A DNA stretch of 64,000 nt from Devosia sp. (GCA_040218355.1 JAVJRP010000014.1:80831-144830); one strand, 5' to 3'. Positions 50,961 to 62,148 are shown, numbered from the stretch's first letter. Numbers and translations are program-made. Notes: generated by a model from the letters alone, not told the origin.

Positions 50961-51346
50961 AACTTATATCTCGTGATTGCTCTCAATCACTACGGCGTTC
51001 GTGCGCAACCAGATTTGATTGCATCCATCCGGCAAGAAGTTTCCTTCATCCTGGCGCGAGACGCACAAACACCTGTTGTGGTTCGGCCATTTCCTTCGGG
51101 CTTAGCCAATAGACTGTCCCGTGATAGAGATTGAGCATCACTGATTTTTTGGACGGAATCTGATGTGGGGGCGTGCTTTCGCCGCAACAATGCGACCATC
51201 CGGTCGGTGCGGCTACCATTTGAACCGCCGGCTAGTGATCGTTCCATTGGTATCACGTTCTGGAAGTGGTGCTCATCGACTTTAAGCAGCCGGAACACAT
51301 TCGAGATCGCCGACGATGCTATACGTCAGCGCGCGTGAGAAAGGCA

Positions 51347-51967
51347 CTATTCAGACAATAAGGCTTGAACAAATGGCTGGATCGTTTTCACGATAAGGCG
51401 CACGCCCTCGGCATTTGGATGCATGCCATCGGACTGGTTCAACGACGCATCGGTCGCGACACCTTCGAGGAAGAAAGGGTAAAACTCGGCATCATACTGC
51501 TGTGCCAATTCCGGAAATACCGCGTCATAGGCTGTGACATATTCGGTTCCAAGGCTTGGACTGGCGCGCATCCCGGCCAGCAGTACTGGAATGTTTTCCG
51601 CTTCGAACCGCGCCAGAATGGCACTGAGATTTTCGCGCATGGCTTCGACCGGCAGGCCTTGCAGCATGTCGTTCGCTCCCAATTCAAGGATTACCGCGTC
51701 GGGCCGCTCGCCCAAAGACCAGTCGAGGCGCGCGCGCCCATCCGCGGAAGTGTCGCCCGAGACGCTGGCGTTGACGATGGTGACGTCGTCGCCCAGAGCC
51801 CGTTGCAACTGACCAGCGAAGCCGTCTGCTTCGGATAGTCCGAGCCCCGCCATAAGGCTGTCGCCATAGAGCATCAGTGTCTTTTCATCGGCTGCCACTG
51901 GCGCTACCCCGAGCGTCAACAAAGACACCACGATGGCTGCTTCACGAACAATTTTTGCTGTCATCAC
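51347..51967 (-). CDS. tesA: Arylesterase, SGNH/GDSL (TesA-like)
   Basis: GDSLMAG, NASVSGDT, ELGAND, DGMHPN. Confidence 0.88.
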   Translation of the reverse strand: MMTAKIVREAAIVVSLLTLGVAPVAADEKTLMLYGDSLMAGLGLSEADGFAGQLQRALGDDVTIVNASVSGDTSADGRARLDWSLGERPDAVILELGANDMLQGLPVEAMRENLSAILARFEAENIPVLLAGMRASPSLGTEYVTAYDAVFPELAQQYDAEFYPFFLEGVATDASLNQSDGMHPNAEGVRLIVKTIQPFVQALLSE

Positions 51968-52029
51968 TGGTCTTTCTTACTGAACCACATACTTCTCAAA
52001 CACCCGCTTGGACAAAAGGTGCCCCTCGC

Positions 52030-52734
52030 ATGAGCAGCCCCGTCGTTTCGACTGCCGCAATGAACCTGCACCTGCAGTCGGGCAAGACGCCGCTCCACAT
52101 CCTCAAGGACATCGATCTCTCGATCGCGGCCGGAGAGGTGGTGGCCGTGGTCGGGCCATCGGGCAGCGGCAAGACATCACTGCTGATGGTACTGGGCGGC
52201 CTCGAACAGGCAAGCAACGGAAGCGTGACCGTGGCCGGCATGGCAATAAACGGGAAAAGCGAGGACGAACTGGCGATCTTCCGCCGGCAGAACCTGGGCA
52301 TCCTGTTCCAGAACTTTCATCTCATTCCGTCAATGACCGCGCTCGAAAACGTGGCTTTGTCGCTGGAGATCGCCGAGACGGGACAGTCGTTTGCCGAAAT
52401 CAACGCTGCGGCCACCGCGGCGCTGGAGGCGGTTGGGCTGGGTGACCGGCTGGACCATCGGCCCAATGCACTATCGGGCGGCGAACAGCAGCGCGTGGGC
52501 CTGGCGCGGGCCATCGTCAACAAGCCGAAACTGCTGCTGGCCGACGAGCCAACCGGCAATCTTGATCAGGAGACGGGCGCCAGGGTCATCGAGATGATGT
52601 TCGGATTAGCGCGGGACAATGGCACGGCGGTGTTCCTGATTACTCACGACCTGGCATTGGCGCGTCGCGCCGATCGCGTGCTGTCAATGAATCATGGGCG
52701 CCTGACGCCGATGCGCGAGAGCGTTCCTGCATGA
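52030..52734 (+). CDS. ABC ATP-binding protein (YbbA-like)
   Basis: [16 protein letters not shown]; divergent from tesA. Confidence 0.9.
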   Translation: MSSPVVSTAAMNLHLQSGKTPLHILKDIDLSIAAGEVVAVVGPSGSGKTSLLMVLGGLEQASNGSVTVAGMAINGKSEDELAIFRRQNLGILFQNFHLIPSMTALENVALSLEIAETGQSFAEINAAATAALEAVGLGDRLDHRPNALSGGEQQRVGLARAIVNKPKLLLADEPTGNLDQETGARVIEMMFGLARDNGTAVFLITHDLALARRADRVLSMNHGRLTPMRESVPA

Positions 52735-55268
52735 ACCGTTTGCTTGGCTGGATGCGCATTGCGGTGATCGACCTTCGGGGCGATATGCGCCGCTTTGTCA
52801 TTCTCTTGGCTTGTCTAGCGCTAGGGGTTGGCACGATTGCAGCGGTGTCCTCGGTCGGGGCCGCATTGCAGGCGGCAGTGGCGCGCGATGCGCGCGTGAT
52901 CCTGGGCGGCGACATCGAGGTGCGCCAGCGCGGTGGCGATGTGTCCCAAGCCCAGCGCGCTGCTATCGCTGCACTGGGCGAAACGGCTCGCTCGATCGAC
53001 CTCAGCGCCCGAGCGAGTGCCAATGACCAGAGCCTGTTGCTGGATCTTCGCGCGGTCAGCGACAACTATCCCCTCCTGGGAGAGGTGGAGGTGGATCCGC
53101 CAGCGGCGCTCGGCGACATGCTCGCAGTGGCCGATAGGTTGCCCGGTGCGGTGGTCGATCAGGGCGTGCTGGATCGATTGGGCTTGGCCGTGGGTCAGGG
53201 CCTGCGGATCGGCAATGCCGAATTCATGGTTCGTGGCGTGCTGGTCAGCGTGCCGGACCAGGCCGCGCAAGGCTTTCAGCTCGGCCTGCCCGCCATCATT
53301 TCCGACGCCACGCTGGCAGATGCGGGGTTGCAGCAGCAGGGTGTGCTGAGCCGCTTTGGCTATAAGGTGCTACTAGGCGGGACATCGGCGGAAGCCACCA
53401 TTGCTCAGCTCGACCAGGCCTTCCCCGATGCCGATTGGGATCTTCGCCAACCGGAAGATGCGGCCGAAAACCTGCGGCGGTTCTTCGATCTCTTCGCCCG
53501 CTTCCTAACGCTGGTAGGATTGTCGTCCTTGCTGGTGGGCGGGGTCGGGGTCTCCAATGCTGTTGCCGCCTACATTGGCGAGCGGCGCAGTTCAATTGCG
53601 ACCTTGCGCAGCCTGGGCGCTACCAGCGCACGGATCATGGTGCATTTCCTGACCCAGGTCGTGCTGCTCTCGACTGGCGGCGTCTTACTCGGGCTCATCC
53701 TGGGCGCTACCACGAGCCTTGTCGCTCTGCCCATTCTGTCCGGCATGCTCTCGCTGGACCTGGCGCCCAGTGTCGATGCCAGGTCGCTGCTGCTGGCGGC
53801 GGCATTCGGCATGCTGATCGCCGTCGTCTTTGCCCTGCTGCCGTTGCGCGGAGCACAAAAACTCAAGCCAGCGAGCCTGTTCCGCTCTTCGGGAGGCGAC
53901 AACACCCGTCTCGGTTGGCGCGACCTGTTGGCCTGGCGGACGGCAGTGCCGCTTCTGGTGATGCTTGCTGCCATTGCCGGACTGGCGTTGCTGACCACGG
54001 GATCGGCAATGCTGGTCTTCTGGTATGGCGTGGGGGCCTTCGTCGCCTTTGGCTTGCTCCGGGGTGCGGCCTGGCTTTTGCAGGCGGGCTTGCGGCGTCT
54101 GCCGCCTCTGCCGGAGGCCAAGCTTCGGTTGGCGATTCGGGCTATCCATCGGCCCGGATCGGCTGCGCCGGTCGTGGTCCTCTCGCTCGGACTGGGTCTG
54201 GCCCTCTTATTGATGATCACGCTGCTCGACCAGAGCCTCAGGGCGCAGATCGACAGCGCGGTCGCTGAAGATATGCCGGCCTTCGTGCTCCTCGACATGC
54301 CCAAGAGCATGCTTCCCGAGGTGGAAGCCTTTGCTTCGGCAGATCCGGATATCGAGCAGCTCGAAACCATTGCCATGCTCCGGGGGACGATCGAGAGCGT
54401 CAACGGCACCGCCGTCGGCGATCTGGGGCCGCTTCCCGACGACATCGCCGACATGTTTCAAGGCGACACGGCGCTGAGCTGGGCGAGAGCGGTGCCGGAG
54501 GGTTCCAGCGTTGTCGCGGGGGACTGGTGGCCAGCCGACTATGATGGGCCGCCAATGATTTCCCTAAGCACCGAGTTGCGCGACGCGCTGGGCCTGGCCG
54601 TCGGCAACAGCATGCGCATCAGCATTGCCGGCCGGCCGATCGACGTGACGATCGCCAATTTCCGCACCATCGACTGGCGTGAAGGCGGCCTCAGTTTTCG
54701 CCTGCTGTTTTCCCCCGGCGTCGTAGAGGCTGCACCGCAAACGCTGATGGGCAGCATAGAGGTGGTCGATGGTGCAGCGGCCGGCGTCGAGACACGGCTC
54801 GGCCGGGCCTTTCCGACACTAAGTTTCCTGCCGGTGGGGGAGGCGCTCAAGCAGATCGAGGACATTCTCTCAAGTCTTGCCAATGCCGTGGCGCTGGTCG
54901 GGAGCCTGGCTGTCCTGTCCGGTGTGCTGGTCCTGGCTGGCGCCATGACGGTCGGCCGCAAACAGCGGGAGGCCGATGCGGTGGTCATGAAGGTGCTCGG
55001 TGCGACAAGCCGCAATGTCATTGTCAGCTTCCTGGTCGAGTATGGGATGCTTGGCCTGCTCGCCGCGGCGATGGGCGCGGGTCTGGGTATCGCCGCGGCC
55101 TGGGCAATACTGACCTTCGTCATGGATATCGCCTTCGCCCCCAACGTCCTGACGATTGTCCTAGTCGTTCTTGGTGCAGTCGCTGTCACTATCGCGACAG
55201 GCGTGCTCACCACTAGGTCGGCCATGTCGGTTCGCCCAGCCAAGCGGCTGCGGGACGAAGCTGCGTAG
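52731..55268 (+). CDS. Large ABC permease (YbbP-like, duplicated FtsX)
   Basis: 845 aa, ILGGDIE, LRAVSDNYPLLG, IATLRSLGA, MKVLGA. Confidence 0.88.
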   Translation: MNRLLGWMRIAVIDLRGDMRRFVILLACLALGVGTIAAVSSVGAALQAAVARDARVILGGDIEVRQRGGDVSQAQRAAIAALGETARSIDLSARASANDQSLLLDLRAVSDNYPLLGEVEVDPPAALGDMLAVADRLPGAVVDQGVLDRLGLAVGQGLRIGNAEFMVRGVLVSVPDQAAQGFQLGLPAIISDATLADAGLQQQGVLSRFGYKVLLGGTSAEATIAQLDQAFPDADWDLRQPEDAAENLRRFFDLFARFLTLVGLSSLLVGGVGVSNAVAAYIGERRSSIATLRSLGATSARIMVHFLTQVVLLSTGGVLLGLILGATTSLVALPILSGMLSLDLAPSVDARSLLLAAAFGMLIAVVFALLPLRGAQKLKPASLFRSSGGDNTRLGWRDLLAWRTAVPLLVMLAAIAGLALLTTGSAMLVFWYGVGAFVAFGLLRGAAWLLQAGLRRLPPLPEAKLRLAIRAIHRPGSAAPVVVLSLGLGLALLLMITLLDQSLRAQIDSAVAEDMPAFVLLDMPKSMLPEVEAFASADPDIEQLETIAMLRGTIESVNGTAVGDLGPLPDDIADMFQGDTALSWARAVPEGSSVVAGDWWPADYDGPPMISLSTELRDALGLAVGNSMRISIAGRPIDVTIANFRTIDWREGGLSFRLLFSPGVVEAAPQTLMGSIEVVDGAAAGVETRLGRAFPTLSFLPVGEALKQIEDILSSLANAVALVGSLAVLSGVLVLAGAMTVGRKQREADAVVMKVLGATSRNVIVSFLVEYGMLGLLAAAMGAGLGIAAAWAILTFVMDIAFAPNVLTIVLVVLGAVAVTIATGVLTTRSAMSVRPAKRLRDEAA

Positions 55269-55273
55269 CCCTG

Positions 55274-55621
55274 ATGCGGTCAATCTCCACTGCGGAGCGC
55301 CCGGTTCCCAATGTGGCCGCCCTGCGCGATCTGGCGATGTCAGGCGATACCGACGCGATCATGGCCCTTCGGCAGGCCGGCCGGCATATCGGGCAGGCCA
55401 TTACGGGGCTCGTTGTGGGCCTGGCGCCTGCCCTCATCAGCGTGGGCGGTGATGTCGCCCAAATCGGCGATCATGTCATTGTCGGCATCCGGGAAAGCCT
55501 GGCGCAACGCACCCCGCCCGCTATTTCTGCGCAATTGCGGATCTCGGCGACGCGCGATCACAACTTGACCGGGGTCAAGGGCGCATCCGCCCTGGCGTTC
55601 GATCTGCTGTTTCCTGCGTAG
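55274..55621 (+). pseudogene. C-terminal fragment of a ROK family protein
   Basis: GDTDAIMALRQAGRHIGQAITGLV...P..ISVGG...GVKGAS; no N-terminal domains. Confidence 0.6.
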
Positions 55622-55663
55622 GGACTGGCGGTCAAACCCAAGGCCCGAGCAGGCGGCAGGTCC

Positions 55664-56935
55664 TCAGGAAATAGTCGCCACCCGGCGAGACATGGCAGAT
55701 TGCAGACCCAGGTACAGTATCGAGCCGAGGACACAATAGGCTGCGTAGCCGAAGGTCTGGACCGTGATGGGGGCACCGGTGTCAATCAGGTAGCCGGCAA
55801 TGCCCGGACCGAGCGCCGACGCGGCGACCAGGGCCGCCGTCACCAGCGAGCGTACGGCACCGATATGCGCCGTGCCGTAGATTTCGGCCCACAAGGCGCC
55901 GACCACTGGGTTGGTCATCCCCTGCGTCAGCCCGATGCAGACAAAGGCGATCGGCATGGACCATATTGGCGCCAAAGTGCCCAGGATCAGGCTTGCGACG
56001 GCCAGGGGCAGGAGCACGAAGGGCATCAGTCGCCAGGCGCCGAACCGGTCGACGAGGAAACCGGCGAAGATCGAGGATACCGCCACGGACAGCGACAGGA
56101 AGGGGAACATGGCGGTAAAGACCGTCAGGTCCCAGCCTTTTACCTCAGTCAGGTGCGCCTGATGGAAGATATAGAGCGTCCCGATCGCCGGGGGCGCCAT
56201 AATTCCGGGCAGCAGGAAATAGAACAGGGGATCGCGCAGTACGCGCGACCGGGTCCATTGCAGCCCGGTCGGCTCCAGCATGCCCGCGCCGTCGGGATTG
56301 GCGATGACCGGGCGTCCTTTGCGGCCCTCGGGTGGGTCGCGCAACAAGAACCAGATGGCCGGTATGACAAGCCCGACCAGCACGGCTGCTGCACCAGCCC
56401 AGACATTGCGCCATCCAAAGGCCAGGATCGAAACGGTCAGGACAAAGGGCAGGACCGCGTCGCCCAGGGTAAAGCCCAATCCGGCAAAGGACAGGGCCCG
56501 GCCACGGAAGCGGTTGAACCAGCGTGACATGGTGGTCATGGCGACGTGGCTCAGCATCCCCTGGCCGAAAAAGCGCAACATTGCCAGCGCCAGCACCAGA
56601 ATGGCGACATGGCCCGCGCCAGCCATGATCAGGGCCGTGGCGGCAAGGCCGAGCATGCAGATGATGGCGAGACGCCGGGCGGGAAACTTGTCGGCCAGTA
56701 TTCCCGCAAAGACCAGTACGCTGGCACTGGCAAGCGTGGCCAGCGTGTAGAAGCCCCCGAACTGGCCATGGGTAAGCCCGAATTCGGTTCGCAGCGCCGT
56801 GTTGAACTGGGCGATAAAATTGGTCTGCCCAGGCATTGTGGCCAGCGTCATCATGGCGCCACCGGCGATCCACTGCCACTGGCGGCCCGTCAACTCAGAG
56901 AGGGGCGGAGACTTTGGCGGGGCAATAACAGACAC
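55664..56935 (-). CDS. MFS transporter
   Basis: MPGQTNFIAQF, LRFFGQG, GFLVDRFGA; start approximate. Confidence 0.85.
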   Translation of the reverse strand: MSVIAPPKSPPLSELTGRQWQWIAGGAMMTLATMPGQTNFIAQFNTALRTEFGLTHGQFGGFYTLATLASASVLVFAGILADKFPARRLAIICMLGLAATALIMAGAGHVAILVLALAMLRFFGQGMLSHVAMTTMSRWFNRFRGRALSFAGLGFTLGDAVLPFVLTVSILAFGWRNVWAGAAAVLVGLVIPAIWFLLRDPPEGRKGRPVIANPDGAGMLEPTGLQWTRSRVLRDPLFYFLLPGIMAPPAIGTLYIFHQAHLTEVKGWDLTVFTAMFPFLSLSVAVSSIFAGFLVDRFGAWRLMPFVLLPLAVASLILGTLAPIWSMPIAFVCIGLTQGMTNPVVGALWAEIYGTAHIGAVRSLVTAALVAASALGPGIAGYLIDTGAPITVQTFGYAAYCVLGSILYLGLQSAMSRRVATIS

Positions 56936-57041
56936 GGTGGGACTTTCGCGGCAGAGCGCCGGCATGACCGGATGGATATGAAAAGCCGGCCGAGACTTCG
57001 GCCCGAGGCAGGTTGGGTCAGCCTAGCACCGGCTGGTGGGG

Positions 57042-57401
57042 CTACCCAGCATTCCTTTGCGCACAGGCAATGCAGAGAGTAGCGGCCAGGTCGATCTCGA
57101 GACGCTTGAGGGCAATAGGTTCGCCGCAATCCAGGCAGTCGCCGAATTCGCCGGTTTCCAGGCGCCGCAGCGCCATTTCCAGCGCGACCTTCCTGGCCTG
57201 GCGCCGCTGACCGGAGGCCTGGGCCAGCGCCTGGCCCTGCATGGCGTCCATGCGGGACAGGCGGCCGACACTCTGCTGATCGAGCTGCACGGGCGCCCGA
57301 TCGGATGCGGTGCCTTCGGCAAGGCGCTACAGTTCCGCGAGTTCGTCGCGGATGAGAGCATCAAAACGCGGCGCATCCTTCTGCTCGAACTGACTGGGCA
57401 T
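57042..57401 (-). pseudogene. TraR/DksA C4 zinc-finger protein interrupted by in-frame TAG
   Basis: ATG 57401 MPSQFEQKDAPRFDALIRDELAEL*RLAEGT...LDQQSVGRLSRMDAMQ...CLDC...CIAC; TAG at 57329-57327. Confidence 0.75.
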
Positions 57402-57464
57402 GCGGTCCCCCTGGCGACGGAGCAGCTTCGGCACGAAGCTGAGCGTGGCGGCCGGCCGGTCCCC

Positions 57465-58319
57465 TCAGCGGAACAGCATCACGGGACGCTTCACCGAGCG
57501 GACCATTTCGGCTGTGGTGCTGCCGATGATGAAGCTGCGGATGCGCGAATGGCCATAGGCGCCCATCACCAGCAGGTCGATATGGTCGGCCTCGGCATGG
57601 CTGGCGATGATTTTTTCCGGCTCACCTTCCTCGATATGCGTATGGATGGTGTAGCCGGCACCGCGCAGCACATTGGCAGCCGTCTCGAGCTTGCCGCGGC
57701 TTTCCGGGGTATCCTTGCCAACCGTCACCATATGGCCCTCAAGGCCCGGGAACAGCTTGCCGGTGGCGATGTGGTTGATCGCCTTCATCACGCTCGGGCC
57801 GCCATCGAAGGCGACAAGGAAGCGCTTGACCGGCTGGAAGGCGCGCGACGCGACCAGCACCGGCTTGGTGCTGGTCCGCACCACGCGTTCCAGGTTCGAC
57901 CCCAGATGCAGCTTGGCAAAATCGGCCGCTTCGCCGCGCTTGCCGATCAGGATCAGGTCGGCGTCCTTTTCGAGCTCCTGGACGGCCTCGACCACATCGC
58001 CATTGCGCAACTTGCCGACCGCGCTCTCGACACCTGCCTCAAGCAGACGGCTGACGCCGGCATCGACGATCAGCCGCCCGCGCTGCTGGGCCAGCTTGGC
58101 GCGCTGGGCATCGTGCTCGGCCAGTTCGTTGAGCAGGCTCGTCCGGGCGCCCAGTTCCAGGCTGCCCGAAAGATCGGCCGGTGTGCTCGAGAGATCGCGG
58201 CGGCCGATGACGTGCACGACGTCCACGCTGGCGCCAATGGTGGTGGCCACCCAGGCGGCGTGGTCGAGCACGCTCTGGGCATAGGTCGAACCGTCGATAA
58301 AGGCGATGAGTTTTGCCAT
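57465..58319 (-). CDS. Universal stress protein (tandem USP)
   Basis: IDGS, LGSNLERVVR, VMGAYGHSRIR..IIGSTT. Confidence 0.92.
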   Translation of the reverse strand: MAKLIAFIDGSTYAQSVLDHAAWVATTIGASVDVVHVIGRRDLSSTPADLSGSLELGARTSLLNELAEHDAQRAKLAQQRGRLIVDAGVSRLLEAGVESAVGKLRNGDVVEAVQELEKDADLILIGKRGEAADFAKLHLGSNLERVVRTSTKPVLVASRAFQPVKRFLVAFDGGPSVMKAINHIATGKLFPGLEGHMVTVGKDTPESRGKLETAANVLRGAGYTIHTHIEEGEPEKIIASHAEADHIDLLVMGAYGHSRIRSFIIGSTTAEMVRSVKRPVMLFR

Positions 58320-58334
58320 GTGGTCGTTCTCCTC

Positions 58335-59822
58335 CTAGTGCCCCATGAGGCGTTCGAGCGCCCCGGGCTTGTCGTGAATGCCCAGCCTGTCGACAATGGT
58401 CTCGCTGGCTTCGTTCATCCCGATCAGGTTGACCTCGGCCCCCTCGCGGCGGAATTTGAGGACGATCATGTCGAGGGCCTGCACGCTGGAGATGTCCCAG
58501 ATATGGGCGTGGGTGACATCGATTGTGACCTTTTCCAGGCTTTCCTTGAAGTCGAAAGCGGCGTTGAAATCTTCCACCGAAGCGAAGAACACCTGGCCCT
58601 CGACCGTATAGGTCCGCTCGCGGCCGTCGGCCGACAGGTCCGAAGTGATGCGGAAGATCTGCGAAATCTTCCAGGCAAAGAAGATGCCCGAGAGCAGGAC
58701 GCCGATCAGCACGCCGATGGCCAGATTGTGGGTGTAGATCACCGTCACCACCGTGGCGATCATCACGATCGAGGAGCTGCGCGGATGGATGGCCAGGTTC
58801 TTGATCGAGCTCCAGGAGAAGGTACCGATCGAGACCATGATCATGATGGCGACAAGGGCCGGCATAGGAATCTGGCTGACCAGATCGCCCAGCACAAGGA
58901 TCAGGAACAGCAGGAAGATCCCGGCACAAAAGGTCGAAAGCCGTCCGCGGCCGCCCGATTTCACATTGATGATTGACTGGCCGATCATGGCGCAACCGGC
59001 CATGCCGCCAATAAAGCCGGTGGCGGTGTTGGCGATGCCCTGGCCGATGCATTCCTGGTTGCGGTCGCTCTTGGTGTCGGTCAGCTCGTCCACGATCTGC
59101 GCCGTCATCAGCGATTCGAGCAGGCCCACCACGGCCACTGCGGCCGAATAGGGCAGGATGATCATCAGGGTTTCGAGATTGAGCGGGATCTGCGGGATCA
59201 GGAACACCGGCAGCGTATCAGGCAGCGCCCCCATGTCGCCCACGGTGCGGACATCAAGACCAAGCGCCAGCGACAATGCGGTCAACACGACGATGCAGAC
59301 CAGCGGCGAGGGGATGACCTTGGTGAGGCGCGGGAAGAGATAGATAATGGCAAGGCCGCCAGCGACCATTACATAGGTCAGCCAGGTGACATTGGTCAGC
59401 TCGGGAAGCTGAGCCATGAAGATCAGAACGGCGAGCGCATTGACGAAGCCGGTCATCACCGATTTTGAAACGAAGCGCATGACATAGCCGAGCTTGAGAA
59501 AGCCCGCGCCAATCTGCAGCAAACCAGCCAAAACCGTCGCGGCCAGCAGGTATTCAAGGCCATGGTCCCTGACCAGCGTGGTCATCAGCACGGCCGTTGC
59601 TGCCGTCGCCGCCGAGATCATGCCGGGGCGGCCGCCGACAAAGGCGATCAGCACGGCAATCGAGAAGGAGGCGTAGAGCCCGACCTTGGGGTCGACGCCC
59701 GCGATAATGGAAAAGGCAATGGCTTCGGGGATCAGGGCCAGGGCAACGACCAGCCCGGCGAGAATGTCGGCACGGATATTGCCGAACCACTCGGCGCGCA
59801 TGCGGGGAAGAAAATCTTGCAT
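58335..59822 (-). CDS. sulP: SulP/SLC26 anion permease with STAS domain
   Basis: [30 protein letters not shown]. Confidence 0.92.
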   Translation of the reverse strand: MQDFLPRMRAEWFGNIRADILAGLVVALALIPEAIAFSIIAGVDPKVGLYASFSIAVLIAFVGGRPGMISAATAATAVLMTTLVRDHGLEYLLAATVLAGLLQIGAGFLKLGYVMRFVSKSVMTGFVNALAVLIFMAQLPELTNVTWLTYVMVAGGLAIIYLFPRLTKVIPSPLVCIVVLTALSLALGLDVRTVGDMGALPDTLPVFLIPQIPLNLETLMIILPYSAAVAVVGLLESLMTAQIVDELTDTKSDRNQECIGQGIANTATGFIGGMAGCAMIGQSIINVKSGGRGRLSTFCAGIFLLFLILVLGDLVSQIPMPALVAIMIMVSIGTFSWSSIKNLAIHPRSSSIVMIATVVTVIYTHNLAIGVLIGVLLSGIFFAWKISQIFRITSDLSADGRERTYTVEGQVFFASVEDFNAAFDFKESLEKVTIDVTHAHIWDISSVQALDMIVLKFRREGAEVNLIGMNEASETIVDRLGIHDKPGALERLMGH

Positions 59823-60297
59823 CTGGGGTCCATCTGTGGAGTGCCGCTGTCAGAAGGCTTCTGGCGGCTGTCGCGACACAGGAATGTCCTGAAGAAAGCG
59901 TGGTCGGCGGCGGCAATGCCCGTTGCGGGCCCTACAAAACGCGGTCGTCTGCGCGTGAAATGGCATGGAAATCAAAGACCATGCCCGAGGCAGTCTGACC
60001 GGCAGCCGAACGCTTCAGGCGCTCCGTTGCATCGATGTTCAAACGATCTGGTAGGTGACCGGGGGATAGGCGCCCGGAGAAGCCACCCGCAGGCGCGGGT
60101 CCGACGACGTTATGTGAATGCCCTAGATGGGCCGGGCGTGCAAGGCATATCAGGCATGCGCCTGGCGCATGTCTTGCAATGCGGCAAGGCGCGCGTCCAG
60201 CGCCATTTCTCCTGATGCGCCCGGGCGGCTTGGCATCGGCGTTCTGGCATGACACATCTTGGGCCGCGATTTGCCATGCCGACCAAGGACAAGAAAC

Positions 60298-60765
60298 GTG
60301 CCCCTGTTGCCCGCGCCGACACTCACGCATTTCTGTACGCTGGAGGTGGCGCTGTCCAAGCCGATGGTGATCGGCGATGTGCACGGGGCCAGCAAGAGGG
60401 TCATTCCCATTCGCGGCGGCACGGTTTCTGGGCCGGAGATTTCCGGCACCATTCTCGATTTCGGCGCCGACTGGCAGCGCGTGTTCGACAATGGGGTGGC
60501 TGCGCTCGATGCGCGCTATGCTTTCGAGACCGATGATGGGGCGCTGATCGAAATCGAAAATTTCGGCTTTCGCCACGGGCCACCCGAAATTCTGGCCAAA
60601 CTGGCCGCCGGCGAGGTCTGCCCGCCCGAGAGCTATTACATGCGCACCGCGGCACGCCTGAGCACAGGCCATCCCAAATACGACTGGATCAACCGGACCA
60701 TGTTCGTGGGCACCGGCGCGCGCCTCGCCAGTGCGGTACAGATTGAGCTTTACGCCGTCGGCTGA
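60298..60765 (+). CDS. DUF3237 family protein
   Basis: RVIPIRGG...GADWQ...LDARY..ETDDGALI...YYMRT...YDWIN. Confidence 0.85.
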   Translation: MPLLPAPTLTHFCTLEVALSKPMVIGDVHGASKRVIPIRGGTVSGPEISGTILDFGADWQRVFDNGVAALDARYAFETDDGALIEIENFGFRHGPPEILAKLAAGEVCPPESYYMRTAARLSTGHPKYDWINRTMFVGTGARLASAVQIELYAVG

Positions 60766-60849
60766 ACGCCGGGCATTGGACAAGCCCGGATTGATTGAAT
60801 AAACCACCCGGCAATGCGCCCAAAAAGGGCACGGCTGGGGGACATCCAT

Positions 60850-62148
60850 ATGACGCAGAATCGGGTGCTGATTGCAGGCGGCGGTATTGGCGGGCTGGCA
60901 TTGGCCCTGACGCTGCACCAGATCGGGGTCCCGTTCACGGTCTATGAATCGGTGCGCCAATTGGCGCCGCTCGGCGTCGGCATCAATATCCAGCCCAATG
61001 CGGTGCGCGAGCTGTTCGATCTCGGCCTCAGCCAGGACGACCTCGACAGCATCGGTGTCCCCTCACGCGAATGGGCCCTGCTCGGACGCAATGGCAATGA
61101 CATCTATGCCGAGCCGCGCGGGCGCGAGGCCGGGTATAACTGGCCGCAATATTCGGTGCATCGCGGGCAATTGCATATGTTGCTCTATCGCACACTGGTG
61201 GCGCGGGCCGGGGCGGATTGCGTCAAGCTTGGCCATGAGGTGACCGGCTATGCCCGGAACGGCGATGGGTCGGTGACGGCGCAAATCCGCCGCGCCGACG
61301 GGGATGTGACGCATGCCTCCGGCCGGCTGCTGATCGGCGCCGATGGCATTCATTCAAACGTGCGTGCCGCCATGCATCCCGACCAGCCGCCCATTCATTG
61401 GGGCGGCGCAGTGATGTGGCGCGGCACCACGCTGGCCAAACCCATTCGCAGCGGCTCGTCCTTTGTGGGCCTGGGCATCCATCGCCACCGCATCGTCTTC
61501 TATCCTATCGGACCGGCCGATCCCGAAACGGGCCTGGCCGTCACCAACTGGATCGCCGAGGTGACGCTGGATAATTCGGAAGGCTGGAAGAATGCCGGCT
61601 GGTTCCGGCGGGTCGAGATTGCCGAGTTTGCCCACCACTTCGCCGACTGGCGCTATGACTGGCTCGATGTGCCTAACATGCTGGCACGGGCCGATATTGC
61701 CTATGAGAACCCAATGATCGACCGCGATCCGGTCTCCACCTGGCAGGATGGTCCGGTGGCACTGATGGGCGATGCGGCCCATGCCATGTATCCCACCGGC
61801 TCGAATGGGGCCAGCCAGGCCATTATCGATGCCCGCATCCTGGGGGCGATGATGATTGCCCATGGGGTCAATGCCGACGCGCTGGCAGCCTATGACGAAA
61901 AGCTCTGCGGCCCGATCTCGGAACTGATCCTGCGCAATCGTGGCGCCGGCCCGTTCGGCCTGCTCAACATGGTGGATGAACGCTGCGGCGGGGTGTTCGA
62001 CGACATCGATGCGGTCATTCCTGCACAGGAACGCGCCGAGTTCATGGCGCGCTACAAGGCGGCGGCAGGTTTTGCCATTGAACAGCTCAATGCGGCCCCG
62101 CCGACGATCGCGTCCGGCGCGCGCGTGATCGAGGCCGTTCCAGCCTAA
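60850..62148 (+). CDS. FAD-dependent monooxygenase (PhzS-like)
   Basis: GGGIGG, LIGADGIHS, MGDAAHAMYP.GSNGASQA. Confidence 0.88.
   Translation: MTQNRVLIAGGGIGGLALALTLHQIGVPFTVYESVRQLAPLGVGINIQPNAVRELFDLGLSQDDLDSIGVPSREWALLGRNGNDIYAEPRGREAGYNWPQYSVHRGQLHMLLYRTLVARAGADCVKLGHEVTGYARNGDGSVTAQIRRADGDVTHASGRLLIGADGIHSNVRAAMHPDQPPIHWGGAVMWRGTTLAKPIRSGSSFVGLGIHRHRIVFYPIGPADPETGLAVTNWIAEVTLDNSEGWKNAGWFRRVEIAEFAHHFADWRYDWLDVPNMLARADIAYENPMIDRDPVSTWQDGPVALMGDAAHAMYPTGSNGASQAIIDARILGAMMIAHGVNADALAAYDEKLCGPISELILRNRGAGPFGLLNMVDERCGGVFDDIDAVIPAQERAEFMARYKAAAGFAIEQLNAAPPTIASGARVIEAVPA

Larger units (their letters stand above)
41123..55270. mobile_element. Decayed genomic island at tRNA-Ser (right boundary approximate)
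   Basis: Integrase remnant next to tRNA 3' end, IS630 pseudogene, visibly lower GC in 41.1-44.7 and 48-52 kb, truncated ROK gene at about 55.3 kb. Confidence 0.6.

Noticed and set aside
50961-51346. 102-aa ORF 50990-51298 and intergenic stretch
   Set aside because: No recognisable motif, RBS or codon pattern; treated as non-coding or decayed DNA.
57036-58976. Long antisense ORFs (646 aa here; also 863-1792, 17544-19082, 29168-30553, 30514-31872)
   Set aside because: Shadow frames of well-supported opposite-strand genes in high-GC DNA; no motifs.
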